From assembly GCF_009914755.1 (NCBI RefSeq), contig NC_060930.1: 64,000 nt of DNA; one strand, 5' to 3'. The stretch comes from the human T2T-CHM13v2.0 reference genome, Homo sapiens. This document shows positions 25,921-42,928 of this stretch, one piece after another; within the stretch, counting starts at the first letter, position 1, and each line of letters starts with the position of its first letter. The notes beneath the pieces were generated by a model. The model saw only the letters and a program-made list of their open reading frames with translations, had not been told where the DNA came from and searched no databases. The position numbers and the translations under genes are program-made.

Positions 25921-26230
25921 CACGAAGGGTCCGGTCCACAGAACTTCCAACCAGTTGTTTAAAAAAAGAAGGCAGTCATTCTTAATGTAATGCTCTGTAG
26001 CTTGAAGTATAAATTTTACATATATACACAAACACAGACACAGACACACAAGATTTTAGGATTTTTTCCAAAAATGTGTAAATAACACATTAGTAATTTA
26101 AATAATTAATTTTAAAATGCTTTAACTTTTACAAAGATTATATATATATGTCAAACAGCAATAGAAAGTTGTTCCAAATTAATAATTTTATTGAACAAAT
26201 CGCTAATGTCAATTTGTTTATTTATTCTAC

Positions 26231-26508
26231 TTTGTTTTTGAGACAGGGTCTTACCCCGCTGCCAAGGCTGAAGCGCAATGATCTTGGCACACTGCAGCCT
26301 CAGCCTGTGAGGCTCAGGTGATCCTCCTCCCTCAGCCTTCTGAGTAGCTAGGACTATAGGCGCATGCCACCACACCCAGCTAATTTTTTTATAGAGACAG
26401 GGTTTCTTTACATTGCCCAGGCTGGTTTTGGACTTCAGAGCTCAAGTGATTTGCCTGCCGCAGGCTCCCAAGGTGCTGGGATTACAGGCATAACCCACTG
26501 CACTCGCC
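26231..26508 (-). mobile_element. Alu (AluJ-like)
   Basis: Reverse Alu flanked by TSD ctaatgtcaattt. Confidence 0.92.
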
Positions 26509-26768
26509 CTAATGTCAATTTATATAGAACATTAGCTATAAATTAGTCATTACTTAATTATATTTGAAGTTTTACCACCTTCAAAAATTGTATTTATTAG
26601 TAATAAGAAGTTGTCTAGTTATTTGTAAGAATTTAGTCACGTACTCTGTCATCATCTCCCTAGACAGTGACCAAACTACATGCAAATAAATTTGAAAACC
26701 AGAAAAATTTAGAACACAGTAAGCAGAATAAACATGTAGATACCAGGGACAAGACAGTAGTTACTTAC

Positions 26769-26906
26769 ACTGTGAACTCCTAAAGCTTTCCAGACTGCGA
26801 AGCTAATCACACCAACCCCACACCATGCATACAGGGAGCCCCAGCCCAGAGCTCGCAAGGCAAGGGAAGACCCGCTTTCCGGTAATGCAGCCGTGGCCAT
26901 ACTTCC
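26769..26906 (-). CDS. TMEM242: TMEM242 coding exon 3 ([46 protein letters not shown]), 138 nt. TMEM242 is a mitochondrial inner-membrane assembly factor for the ATP synthase c-ring.
   Basis: Acceptor ttcatttcag|GGA and donor AGT|gtaagt. Contained in track ORF 26709..27002(-). Phase 0 at both ends. Confidence 0.95.
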
Positions 26907-27834
26907 CTGAAATGAAACAGAAAAGTTGAGGTAAAAACAATCAGTGCAGAAAGAATAAGCATTCTGGGGGTGTTTGCAAATTCCTCTCTGTGCAAACAAC
27001 ATGATATTAGGAAGCTAAATCAACCCAAGGTCTAATTCTGGCTTTGCTACTTAATAATTGCATGCCTTCTCTGACTCACAGATATTTGAGTATGCAAGGC
27101 ACCTTGCCTGTTAATTCTTCCAGAAAAATCCTAGACCATTTTGTCAAGATTTCTCTATCCCCCATTCATTGGCATTTTCACAGAATGACATTAAAGTGGT
27201 ATTAAAATAACTCAGTTATTTTATGAATGTTTTTCCTGCCATAATATTAAGATGAGCAAGGGCACCAGATATTTCAGATAAGTAAACTTTGCATGTGTGT
27301 AAACATTATGTACTTTCTTCAGTTATTTTAACCAAATAGACATATAATACATGTTATTTTCTCTCATAGCACCTCATTTAGTCTACCGATTATGAGACTG
27401 ATGTATAAATGCAGGATAGACTAGTTAACAAAAATGTTGATCTATTTTAATAGATCGACCAAAGAAGCTCAAGAGTAAATTACTTCGCCACTTTTAGCTT
27501 GCACCTTCCTCTTTCTGTTTATTCAGGGAACTACAAAGAAAAATGAATGTCCATTCAGCATCTATTATTGCTTTTCAACTCCCAGTTGTTTTGCATGACA
27601 CACAGCTAAGAAAATGAGAACAGGACATTAAAAGGATAACTATCATCCCAAAATAAAAGCAGTGTAGGCAGTCCCCAACTGAAAAGTTTATCATTTTAAT
27701 GTCCTCTGGGGTTGCAATTTGAATCTGTTTTAATACCTAGAATCCCAGGCTAATGGATAGAAGTCTGTTTAAATAGCAAGATTACTAAAAATTGTATCAT
27801 TTCTTCCCTAGAAGTATCCCAAGATGGGAAGAGT

Positions 27835-27990
27835 ACCATGTTGGGCAAGTTGCTTAATTCATCTGTGCCTCAGTTTCCTGCCCTTTAATGGGGACCACAC
27901 ATAACGGTGCTGCATAGGGTGTGAGGAGAGTTCAATGAGTCAAGCCCGCAGAAGAACAGCCAGCACATGCTAAGCACTCAAATATTAGAT
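27835..27990 (+). mobile_element. MIR SINE
   Basis: ttgggcaagttgcttaattcatctgtgcctcagtttcc…cacatgctaagcactcaaata. Confidence 0.75.
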
Positions 27991-28010
27991 ATTATCAATG
28001 TTAGAAAAGA

Positions 28011-28024
28011 CCTCCAGGTGGCAA
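28011..28024 (+). promoter_or_regulatory. candidate CTCF site
   Basis: CCTCCAGGTGGCAA. Motif match only. Confidence 0.3.
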
Positions 28025-28452
28025 CTGTGAAGTGCACTGACTAAGTGAGATTCTTAGACTGGTGCTTGCTCAGTATAAACGCATTAACTGTGTGCTCCAA
28101 AATCTCTGAGTTCTTCTACAAACAATTTTACCTCTGAAACAGAGTCTGGGTAAGTGGTCATACTCTAATTCCAGTGTTTTCCCAGAGGGAGACAGAACCA
28201 TCTAAAACAGGGGTTCTCAAACTACCTGGTCTCAGGATCCCTTTACACTTGGGCCCTAAAGACTTTCAATTAAGTGGGTTGTATTTATCAATATTTAATG
28301 TATTAGAAATTAAAACTATGAAATTCTTAAATTATATTAGTCATTTAAAAATAGTAAATCATTTTAGATTAATATAAGCCTATTTTTTATGAAAAATTAC
28401 TTTTCCAAAACAAAACTGTGCAAAGAGAGACAATGTTTTACATTTTTGTTAG

Positions 28453-28731
<279 letters not shown>

Positions 28732-28951
28732 AAAGTTTTCTAAAATCTAATTTTCACTTGAAAGCTTGAATTTTATCAGTGGCAATAAATACTGACAATT
28801 GTTTGCTTGAAAAGACAAGCTCATTTTATTCATTGTTAAGATGTCTGCCAAATATTCTTTCAAGTAAAAATGATATTCTATAGGAAAAAAGTGGCTAGTT
28901 CAGCTTGCAATTCAATTGCTTTTCTAGAGAAAAAATCCTACTTCAGTATAA

Positions 28952-29294
<343 letters not shown>

Positions 29295-30117
29295 TTGTAT
29301 TTCCCATTTCTTTACACAGAATATTAAAATGAGGTTTATTTGAAGGTCATGATTTAATAAAATTAACTATTTTATTTCTTCAACAAGGACACTGTTAAGT
29401 AATACTGGCTTTAAAAAATACAGGTACTTTGTAATGAAGGACACAAGGACTTTCACAGTTTGGTGCTACTGCCTTAGACCAAGGTATCAGCAGTTTTACT
29501 CTCCATTGCCTCTGTACCATTAGTACAAGCATCTTAGTATCATTATGAAAATAGTTCTGACTTCATGGACCCAAGGATCAAGGATCAGCAGGGTTCTGTG
29601 GACTGCAGTTTGAAAACCACTGTTAGACCCCGAAGAGCATCTGTGATGATCAAATCTCAGAATAACAAAATAGGATGGAAAGTTGTGATATGTGTACGTG
29701 CGCTCTTCAGCCCCAGAGAATCCCTAGTTTTCATCAGATTATTAAAAAGATCAGTGAGCCAAGGATTAACATAACTTAGGCTTAGAAATCAACCAAAACT
29801 CTACTGTTAAGGCACTACTCTGATTTCCACCACAAAATATATTTCTGCTCTGAAAACATTCTATAACATAGAGAGAAAATGACCCACAAGGTCCATAGCA
29901 GTGATTTAGGAAGCTCCATATAAGCTTAGAGCATTCAGAGGGGATCCAAGCACACTTTAAACATGGTCTCTTGCCATTATGGTATCGATAAGGCTTAAGT
30001 ATGATTATTAAAGATAAATGTAAGTGGAAAGGAAACTTGACTTTTTATGATGTTTTACGTAACACTTTTCCTCCATAGCACACATCAAATTGTAATTACA
30101 CAGTTATTTGTGTGAAT

Positions 30118-30418
30118 ATTTATTTATTTATTTTTGAGACAGAGTCTCGCTCTGTCACCCAGGTTGAAGTGCAGTGGTGTTATCTGGGCTCACTACAACC
30201 TCAGCCTCCTGGGTTCAAGTGATTCTCCTGCCTCAGCCTCCCGAGTAGCTAGGACTACAGGAGTGCCACACCACACCTGGCTCATTTTTGTATTTTTAGT
30301 AGAGATGGGTTTTCGCCATGTTGGCCAGGCTGGTCTCAAACTCCTGACCTCAGGTGATCTGCCCCTCTCGGCTTCCCAAAGTGCTGGGATTACAGGCATG
30401 AACCACGATGCCTGGCCC
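30118..30418 (-). mobile_element. Alu (AluSx-like)
   Basis: Reverse Alu with cctcaggtgatc. Confidence 0.92.
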
Positions 30419-30691
30419 AAATTTAGATTCAAAGTCATGTTGTGAATAGGAAATGTACCAGATAAGCTTTCAAAGTCTTGTTCCGCTAAAATTTAAGAAA
30501 GCACATAAGTACATCCTTCTAAATGAAAATAAAGACTTGGTTAATTTGTACATTTCTAGAATCCATGAGCGTATATAAATTCACATCTTAAAGCAATGTG
30601 AAAGACCATCAATATTTTATTTTTTCTACGCAAAAGCTGCCATATATTGTAAACAATAACAATGCTATGAATGGATTTCAGTGTCACCAAC

Positions 30692-30792
30692 CTTATTGAA
30701 CCATTCAGGGCTTTTCTTTTTAGCCAATGATAATGTTGTAATAAATCCAGCTAGCATTCCCGCTGCAGCAACGGTACCAAGGAAAATTCCAC
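30692..30792 (-). CDS. TMEM242: TMEM242 coding exon 2 ([34 protein letters not shown]), 101 nt
   Basis: Acceptor cttggcag|GT and donor AAG|gttggt. 88+101=189 nt keeps the frame. Encodes a hydrophobic TM segment. Confidence 0.95.
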
Positions 30793-30949
30793 CTGCCAAG
30801 AGTTTCGGGGAGGAGGGGGGATATTAAAAAAAATTAAATAAAAAGAGGTTAAAAAGATGTACAAAAGTAAGTTTAAGATACTATTCGAGTTACAATCAAA
30901 ATCACTTTTGAAATTCAAGAAACCATGGCTAAGCAGCTCTTGCTAACAG

Positions 30950-32250
30950 TAAATGACAGCGGCTGAGAAACACGCGTGACCGCACGACCTCTGGTTCCTT
31001 GGGTCATTCCGAATTATTATTCCCGAGCGCAGAGAAAAGGTTCAGCTTCCCTTCCCCTCTCCCCTGGGACCACAGCGTGAAGTTTCTCACGGGGAGGAGA
31101 AGAGACGATGGCAATCAGAAAAGGCAAGGCTCTAGAACAATTGCAGAGGTGACGGGGAAATATGGCACGCCCGGGAGAATAGCTCGCGGGATCTGCCCCC
31201 CGCCCCGCCCAAGGGGAGACTCCACCCAGTAAGCGACCTACCCTCCCTGGGCCGCCAGACTCCGCGGGCTAAACTCAGGGGCAAGCACAAGCTAAGGGCT
31301 CTCAGAGCGGGATGTGTGTGGGAATGCCCGCTCCAGAGCAAGCCAGGGTCCGGGGTTAACTCACCCCGACGCCCGCACCTCACCACAGCACATCTTACCT
31401 TTAACCAGGAAAAGCCGGTCATTCGTGGACCCCGGAGCCTCCAGCCCAGAGGCCGGCTGCCCAGTTGCAGCGCCCGCTGTCTCCATGTTTAGGTCGCCTC
31501 TAGTGCGTCCGTCCCCAACTGGGCCCGGGTGGAAGCGAGAACCAGGCGGAGGAGAAAGGTTCCGCTACCGCCTCCTCCTGTGCAATCTGAAGAAGGGTCC
31601 GGAGTGCGGCCGCTGTCCCCAAACCCTCCTCCCGCGCCGGGGCCGGGAAGACGTGCTGTGCCCAGCCCCAGGGGCGATGCCCTCCAAGGCCGTCTCTTAG
31701 GGAGGATCTTTTGATTTCTCCAAGGAGATCATTGCTGGACTTAAGTGATTACTTTGGCTGTTTGAAAGAACGCTCAGCCCCGACTGTAGGAGGCAGTGAG
31801 GGTCGCAGATTGCGCCAAGATTCCAGGCCCCGCCTGTGAGACCCTGGAGCTCATTTTCCTGATCAAGCTTACATTGTGTCCAACGATTTGGCCAGCGCTA
31901 ACACTCCACGATTCTAAAACGCAAGCCTAGGTCTTCTGTCTGTACTTTTCTAGGTAACTTCCCAACAGTGTTGAGGAATAAGTGACAGGCTTTCTCCCTG
32001 GAGGAGAGCCAGCCACCCGGTTCTGCGGTGACGGGTACCTCCGCCGCGGTGTGAGTGCTCGGCCTCCGTCGGGAAGTGGAACACTCACAGGATGACCGAA
32101 TGAAAGTACCACCCCCGAAAGGAGAGCGACGCCCGCTGGAAGCGCTTGCAGAGCTGCCGGCAACGTTGACCGCTAGCAAGCTTGGTCTTCCGCTGGGAGG
32201 CTGGTTTGCCCATTCTGTAAATGGCCGTGGAGAGGAGGAGGCTAGTGGTG
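30950..32250. promoter_or_regulatory. CpG-island promoter of TMEM242 (possibly bidirectional)
   Basis: High GC and CpG density around exon 1. GC boxes (ccccgccccgccc ~31198, ccccgcc ~31828), an ETS-like cgggaagt (~32070) and a YY1-like aaatggccg (~32219). Confidence 0.85.
31399..31486 (-). CDS. TMEM242: TMEM242 coding exon 1 (METAGAATGQPASGLEAPGSTNDRLFLVK), 88 nt
   Basis: ATG at 31486 and donor AAAG|GTAAGA at 31399/31398. The translation is recognised as the TMEM242 N-terminus. Confidence 0.95.
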
Positions 32251-32489
32251 ATAGAAAATCTTTTCAGCCTCTCAGAGAACAATGACATCTTGTAAAATAA
32301 GGCGGTCTCTCTGCTATTTGTCCTGCCCCCCATCACCGGAGGGCATGAGTTTCCTGAGGATGGAGATGGGACTCTATGTTCAGTTTATATCCCCCAGCTT
32401 TCAGATATTAACTGGTTACCAACATCAAATGCATGTTGGATGAATGAGTAAATGAATGCATCCATTTTTGCGTCAGTGAAGTGCAGTTA

Positions 32490-33030
<541 letters not shown>

Positions 33031-33349
33031 CCTTTGATTCCAGTAGCTATTTTGCAGCATTGCCTATGGGGATTTTTAAAAATGATGGATTATCAAGGTC
33101 TATCTACCACGGGAGATTAGAGCTCTGAAGGCCCGCGGGTGGCAGGGCAGAATGTAAAAGCTCCGTGGGGTTTCTGATGATAAAAAACTACTGCTCTGTT
33201 CAAATTTTTGTGTGGATGAGATCACACAGAATGTATGTGACCTTTGGATTTCCTGGAAACACGTCAGTATCTGAAAGGGCTTTTAAGCTGGTAAATGCTG
33301 TGCTAATTTGTTGAAGGACCTATCCTTTTTCCTTCCCCTCATACATAAC

Positions 33350-33520
33350 AGTAACCATAGCTGCTAACATGTATTGAGTGCTTTCTATATATCTGACATT
33401 GCACTAAGTGCTTCAAGTACATTATCTCATTTATTCCTCTCCATAAACTCAGAAAGACTAACTTGCTCAAGCTCACACAGCTGTTAAGTGGCAGAGACAG
33501 GGCTTAAAAGCAGGTCCTTC
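33350..33520 (-). mobile_element. MIR SINE
   Basis: tattgagtgctt…attatctcatttattcctc…taacttgctcaagctcacacagctgttaagtggcagag. Confidence 0.7.
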
Positions 33521-33534
33521 CTTATCCACTGTGC

Positions 33535-33700
33535 CAGTCGTCCTCAAGTGTGAACTTGAATATTGGAATCACCTGGAAGGCTTATTGCACTCAGCTTGCT
33601 GGGCCCCATTCCCAGAGTCTGTGACTCAGTGGGGGCTGAGAACGTGTATGTCTAAGTTCCCAGGTGATGCTGTTGCCACGGATTCCACTTCGAGAACATC
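33535..33700. mobile_element. MER5-type hAT-Charlie MITE
   Basis: ttggaatcacctggaag…tgctgggcccc…tctaagttcccaggtgatgctg. Confidence 0.7.
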
Positions 33701-33866
33701 TTCTGTGTGCCTTCCTCTTATGGATTACACCTCTTAAAATCCACACCATACACTTTAGCACTTGGAAATCTGTTTTCCCAAGACTGCTTAGGGAGAAAAA
33801 GTGCAGATTCCTCCACTCTCTTCTTTGCTGTCCCCTTAGAAAACGACAGAAACATTTTAAGGATTA

Positions 33867-34195
<329 letters not shown>

Positions 34196-35473
34196 TTATA
34201 TCACTGCTTACTATAAGGAACAGAAGGGAGATAATAGATCTTGTAATCTAGGGAAATTACAGAGTCCTGCATTCCAGAGCTGGTCTCCATTGAAAGTAAC
34301 TGCACATCCTAGGAAACTGGTGTCTGCTTTGTTTTGGATGTTGCAGCTCACAAACCTCTATCTTCTTTCTAAATCCCCAAAGTAAAAGGCAATCTTCCTT
34401 TTTTCTACTTGAAAGCTTGTTTTCCCAATATACACAGGACTGAAAAGGCAATTGACACAAACCAATGGTTTACACTTCAGCCTCAAAATTTGCATTTTGA
34501 GGATCTTTGTGGGATACATACCAAGGAGAGGAGGAGGTGCGAGCTCCTTGGTCAAGGCCTGTTTGTGGAGACTACTACAGCCCCATTTCTCACTAGCCCC
34601 CAGCACCTGCCCTGTGACTTGCTTGGTGCCAGATCCTGGGAGATGGTGTTTCCAGAGCCTCAGAAGCCTGCCACACACTGGGACGGGAAGTCCCTGGCCC
34701 TGGGATAAGACCAAATTCCAGGCATCCCAAGTTGGAATGCTGAAAGAAAGCATTTTTTAAAGACAATGTTTCCCAAGGTCTCATATCTCTACAGGACACC
34801 CAGTTGGGTACTTTGGGTACAATTTGATTAATTGCACTGCTCTAAGAATTCCACAATTCCACCTAGACTTGTTACTAGAGGAAGATATGACACAAGCTCC
34901 AAACAGGTGAGTTGTAGACATTCTAAGCACAGTTTCTTTGCAAGATGGGGACTTGAGCAGGGAAGCATTTCCAAGTGTGGAAACCAGAGATTAGAAAGTC
35001 ACAGAGCTTTGTTGCTTCACGCAGCACCAGCAGGACTGATATTTCAATGGAAGCACAGTACTCTTCTAGAAAAAGTAATGGAAATCTCTTACAAGCCAAG
35101 GAGGCTGCTGGGAAAGCAGGTTTATCTGAGACGGATGCTGTTGCTATTTCGGTATTTGTTTTAGTCAGCTGAAAGTTCATACCAGGGACACATTTGACCA
35201 CATTCTTATTTCAAACGTTTTGGCTCCTGTAGATTCTATTTCAAATGTTGACAGCTAGAAACTTGTTAGCTTTACCGTTCCTGGAATTTGGATGGCCCTA
35301 GCTCTAGCTTGTTTTGAACTCTGATGGACTCTTTTCCCCGTCACTTTTTAAAACATTTCTTCAGAGCTTCAATCTCTCCATGTTTAATGTATGAGGCTGA
35401 ATTATTTTTAAAATCTGATAAGGGTCAAATCATCCTTCCTGCTGCTTGATATAAGATAGTTGTCAAAAATATA

Positions 35474-35842
<369 letters not shown>

Positions 35843-38800
35843 TCAATATATATATATATATATATATATCAGAGATCTTTAAAAGTTATTGCCAGCTTAA
35901 GTGTGTGCACAGAAGAAAAGATCTGGACTCAACACTGAATTATTAACAGAGGTTACTTTGACAGGAGGGAGGAGGTGAGTGTTCTATCTATATCTCTTCT
36001 ACTTTCTGCCTTAGTAAGTAAAATGCTGACCAAAGCCACATTTTTACATATTTCTATAATGTTTGCAAAATGTTTAATAAGGGACATGTATTACTTTTGT
36101 GAGAAGGGAAAAAATGGAAGGAAAACAATAAAATACTTTAAAAATGTATCGCCTTGTTTAAAAGATGAATTTTGGTTTAAATAGAAATATTATATAGGTT
36201 TTCAGGGTAACTCATCAAACTCTCCAGCAGGATACCCAGCGATAACATTCTTGGAAAGCAAGGGAATGAGAGCAAGATGCATTATGTCACAAGGAGAAGC
36301 TCTGGGCTGGCATGAGAGCCCACGTGGTATCTGCACCCTCCAGTTTGCTGCTCTCAGCCTCTTGAATTCTTCCCAGTATCTGCTCTGAATCCCCAGAGCT
36401 ACAGCTCCTTCGAAATGGCATTAGTACAATCAATAGAAATGGTAAGTATGGTAATAACTCCTCTTGAGTGAGCTGAAACTAGCTTGAGTCCAAAGCTTGA
36501 GTCTCATTACTCATTTCCGGTATCTCATTACTAATCTTTTAGAATCATATTCTGTAACTGCCTCAGGTTGAATAATATGTCTGTCTTTATCACAGTAAAT
36601 GAGAGTTGCCATTATATATTCCTCCATTCAATTTTTCTTATTGTAGAGTATATCTTTCCTATCTCTTTCTGTGCTATCAGTTGAATTGTTATCATTAATG
36701 ATAGACTAGAAATCTTTTCAAGAGCTGTTATATTTCATAAGCCACTAGATATTATCTTATAAAAGAGTGATGCATATAATTTCCTTTAACTATGTTTCTC
36801 TATCTTCTTGTGAGGATCAAATAGGATCACAGATGTTCAAGCATTTTGTAAACTGTTGAGTATTCTGGCAATGTAAAGCATTGTTATTTTTAGTCCTGTG
36901 TGTGTCCCAGTTATAGAAAAGACTCTTAGCATTCCCAAAAGCCAAATATATTTCCATCTATGCATTATCATTTTGCCAGTATTTCATATACAAGGACATA
37001 TGTTACACTCCCATTTACTATTAAAATCTGTGATATCAACCACTTGCATCATTAAATACATCTTATGTTTATTGTATTTATTGTTAATAATCTATACCAT
37101 TCTGATATATTAAAGGCTATAAATTATAAAATGATTTAAAAACAAGTATTATCACATGTATGATGAAAGAGTGACCACATAAAGTAGTAAGACCTTTTCT
37201 GACCAAATACTGTGTTTCGATTGACTTTATTTTTTATTGACACAGCAAGTATTTACTGAGCACCTCTATGGTCTTAAGCGCTGTTTTACTATAGCGAAGT
37301 AATGAGGCACAGTCCTTGGCTCATTGGAGCTTATAGTTCCATAACCCTTAATTTTCTAAGAAATTTCATCAAAATATCTTTTTGCTTGAATCTTTGCAGT
37401 TGATATTCTTTCTTGGTCTTCTACTTTCTGCCTTAATAAGTAAAATATGGTTTACTTCTTGCTTAAAAAGTATGCAGTGCTTTAAGTCACTTCTCTGAAT
37501 ATCAACTGTTACTGTAAATGTGGATATAGAGGGCTTAAGAGGTTGGTCTGCATATGTACCAAACCCAGACTGTCCTGGCTTGGAATTCAGAGGGGGCCTG
37601 TGGAGAAGGGACTAGTTCCTACAAGTGGGCTCAGCAACTGAGGCCCAGACAAAAAACTCAAAAGCAAGAGGCACATGTCCCTGGGGGACAAAGCTCATGC
37701 CAGGGGGTGATGGCAAGAGAGTTTTTCAGTCCAGGTGACCTAGTTGTGAGATGAAGTAGAAGGATTTTTAAGTAGGTAACAGGGCATCCTGGAATCCAGG
37801 GCAGGGAGAGAGTTCAGAACTTTAGGCAGGAAGGCTAGTGTCACCAAGAAATTTGTCCATGGGTAGCAGAGTTGAAGCCCCTAGGCAGAACTGAAGACCT
37901 AGAGATGGTAACTGGTAATTGCACAAGACACAAACCCAGCTAAAATAGCAAGGAAATGAAAAAGAGACCATTGTTCAGGAGCCCGGTTATCAGACTTGGA
38001 TCACTGTAATAGAGTCAGACATACTCTGATGTTGAGTCAGCAAGGCAAATTGAGAGGCTCAGGCCCAGAAGTACATGCTGATTCAGGTCAAGATGAAGGC
38101 TGGGTCTGCAGGTAGGAATGGGAGTTCAGCCTTACAGGGGTGGGGGGCTCAAGGAGAGGGAGGGAAAGAAACAGGGATCTTGCCTTTAGTTGTGCAACTT
38201 GTTCATTTGCATGAGGGCCTCCATCTTGGGGGACATGGAACAGGATGGAACAGGTCAGGTCAGGAATCCAGCCTGCATTTTGCTCACCAAAGCCTTGCGC
38301 TCTGGTGCTGGAATCCAGCAGCCCTGGGGAAGGTGCACCTTTTCTGGTTCACACACACACACACAAAAGTACCACATGGGCTAATATTGGCTTTGGAAAC
38401 CTTGTATTCAGAGGCTAGAAACTAATTTAAAATATCCCAACTGCTAGGAGTATATCTCATATCTCAAGTGTATTAAGTCAGAAAAAAAAAATTTACAGGC
38501 TTCCAAAGTACCCAACGCTGCAGTCTCAGAAACCATGGTATGGTTAAAGAAGTGAGAAAATGTGTGTAGATTCAAAGTGCCTTTAGGATTCAGAGAATGG
38601 GGCAGATAAATATTGCTTCTGAGGGGTGCAAGCATGCTCAAGCTACTTGAATTTACATTATTTTGGAAAAATATATACACGACCCTTGGACACATTTTTA
38701 TAATTTTGTCCTCACCAACTATTCCTCTCTGCATTGCAAGAGAATTGTCTACAGTTACTTCCCATTGGGTAGTATACTTATATTTTAGGAACACTTTATT

Positions 38801-39034
38801 GGGATTTCACCCCTTTGATTTACTCTTGCTTATAAAAGTAATAACCTCTTAGAATGTGATTATACAGCCTGATAAAATATTTACTATCTAGTAAATTACG
38901 TATCATTTAGATGATAGTGTTTTATTTAGGTCAACTGTTCAGGGCCCAATGCCCTTTTAAAACAGTCAAAGCATTTGATGGATTCATTGCTGAGTGCACT
39001 ATAAATAAATGCTACCTCAAATTCCAGACAGTGA

Positions 39035-39589
<555 letters not shown>

Positions 39590-42542
39590 TGATCAAAGAA
39601 GTTTGGAAAACAAAACCTCACAGAATTCTTTGCTTCAGAGCCTCTCAGAGTCTTCAAGAGGAGGGCACGGTAAGCTTTGATTCTGTAACTTATTTGACCA
39701 ACAACTCTTTGTTTAGGAACATCTTGTGGGCTCATATATCTTAGAATATAGACTGAGAAAATACTGAACTACTTGGTCACTAGGATTCTTCCTAGTTCCC
39801 AAACTCTATGCTTCTAGTTCAGTTTGGAGAAATGAGACTGTTCCCTTTAGAGGACAGAGAGCAATGCCCCCTCTCTCTTGCAGCTCATGGTAAGATCTAA
39901 AAGTTAGTGATGTCTCCACTCTGCAATTTGTCTGAACCAGAAGAGTGGTCAAAATAGCAAAGACCAGATTTCATGATGGGGTTGAAGCTTTCCTTCTACT
40001 TAAGCCAAACATAATATCTCACTTTCCCATGTCAAATTTAGAGCTTTTCTTCACATTCTAAGAGAGAAGGAGAGATATTTGCTAGGGGAAAAAGCCAAAA
40101 TGTTCATGAATAATCTACTTCATTCCAATCAATTAGGAAGAAAAACGCAGTCCGCAAAGCACATTCTGAATTGGTATAGTTGAGAGACCAAAATAGACTG
40201 GCACACAGTAGAATTAGATTTACTATTTCAAGCCCTGCTATATATTTATCCTTATTTGGTTGTCTTTTGCAGAGTTGCATGACTATGGAAATGAGAGTGA
40301 CCTTGGGTCATGTAGCTGATCATCTTGTATCCAAGAAGTATTTCTCTCAAGTTCTCCTAATTACAGATTCAGCAGCGGGTCTATTGTGACTCCTGATTTT
40401 AGAGTGCATTCTACCTGACACGCAGTTTCTCTTACAGTAACCAGGTACCCATTGTGCTGTGATTGTGGTAGTAGCATGGACTGGAGAAATTTGATGATGT
40501 GTTGAATGCTAGTCATTTCCTCAGAAAAATGGCCAGGCGTGGTTCCATTTGCAGGGGTGGCTGTGTTTCATCTCACATCATCCACTTACCCTGGCCAAAG
40601 CGAGTTGAACCAGAGTCACCACCAGACCCAAAGACAGCCATGTATAGGCCAGCAGCTCTGCCTAGTGGGAACCACATTTATCAATGGTCCACCCAATCTG
40701 CAACACATGATGTCCTGATGACTTCCTCTCTCCTGGCACTCTGTCTGCTCTTCCCTCTCCTAACGCCCTCGCAGCCATCCTTCAAGGTACTATCCAGGCT
40801 TGCTTTCTCTGGCTCCCACACTGTCTTTCACGGGGATATCATGAAAGCCCTTATGGTGTCTTTGCTAGAATTGGGAAAACACACCCCTCTCATGTAAAAT
40901 AGTCTTATTTAATGCATTAACCTCATTGCACACCTGCACACGCAGCAGCCTGTGAAGTACATGCCACTCTCATAACCACATGTGCCACTCACATCGTCTA
41001 GAAGCAAAAGCCCATAGGGTACCGTGAGCTGAGTGGCTGGTGGTACTTCCTAATATTACTAACATAACGATTCTCTCTGAAACCCCAGCCTCGCCCCAGC
41101 CCACTGTGTGTTCCACTCCAGGAGTCAGATCTGATTCTAGGTCCTGGTTTTTTCCTGTGTGCGCTGCTCTGTTGTAGTGGCTGCACCCATAGCTGACCAC
41201 ATCACAGATGGGTCACATGGAGCTCTGGACAATACTCTTCCCCAGCTGATCTTTGACAAGGTCCTTCCTTTCATCCCTTTATCAATAAGATTGGTTACGT
41301 TTGAAGCTGATTGACCACCTATGCCTAAAGAAGAGTGATTTATGTATCACCTGGAAGGAGACACCCGAGGTCACGCCACAGGTCTCTCCTCAGCCCTGGC
41401 CATTTCAACGTATTTATATGCAACTTGGACCTAGAGCTAGAAGGCAGGCTATTAAATTTTATGTAAGGCACAAAACAAGAAGGTTTGGTTATTTAATGAA
41501 TGAGATGAATGACAGAAATGTCTCAAAATTACTTAGCTAGACAAGAACAAAAGTCAATCACACATAAAATGAACTTTAACAGGAATAAATCAAATTTTCA
41601 GAAAATACACAAGTGCAGGATGGGAGAGATTTGGCCTGAAGCACTTCCTGAGACAAAGAAATGGACAATTTAGTTGGCGATAATGCTGAAACAGTGGAGG
41701 TCATTGTGCGTCTGCCTAGGAGAAGTCTCTCCCACTCATTCCCATCTGTTCTGGGGGCCACTGTGGAGGAAGCGTCCTCCAAGAGCAGGCAGGCGAAGGG
41801 GAGTGACAAGGAGGGTGAGAAGTCTTAGCCAGCTTATCTAAGAAGAAATCATTGAGGGAGATATATTTAGGTTGGAGAGAGAAGAATTGGGAAGCTGATG
41901 CCTCTCTCAGGAGGCACAGAGAGAAGTTATATTGGGTAGATCATGTCTCTACACATGAGAACTTTTAAAAATTTGAAATGTCCCCAAAATGGAATTAGGT
42001 ACTTTCTGAGCAAAAAATGAACATCTTTGTATGTCAACAAATATACCTCTACAACAGAGGTTCATAAATACATTTTTTTGTATTAATATGTACAAAGCGA
42101 TGTAGAAGACATTCCTCCACTGAGGGACAGGTTAGAACTTGCAAGGTGGCTTATGCCACACAACATGGGCCAGCTCAGCTCCGCTGTCTCTGAAACTTTC
42201 TTTTGTCAGCAGAGCAAGAGTAGATTTATCTCTCAGGGGAAAAATTACGTTAATTAGGCTCATGAGTGAATGCCAGCTTAATATAGTATAATGAAAAATA
42301 TGGCAAAAGAACCATAATGGGAAGCCAGATAACAATCAAAGTTGCAGGGGACACCCCCCTCTTGGAGGTTCTGGCAGATTAATTGGACATATAATAAGTA
42401 AGGAAAAACGTTTAGAATGATTGAGGATTCAGTGAAGTTTCCAGCTGTAAAAGAAATCTTAATAAAAGTTTCAACTTTTCTATACATTAGCTATACCCCA
42501 TTAAAATACAAAACAGAGGGGAAGAAATCCACTATGTGATGA

Positions 42543-42928
<386 letters not shown>

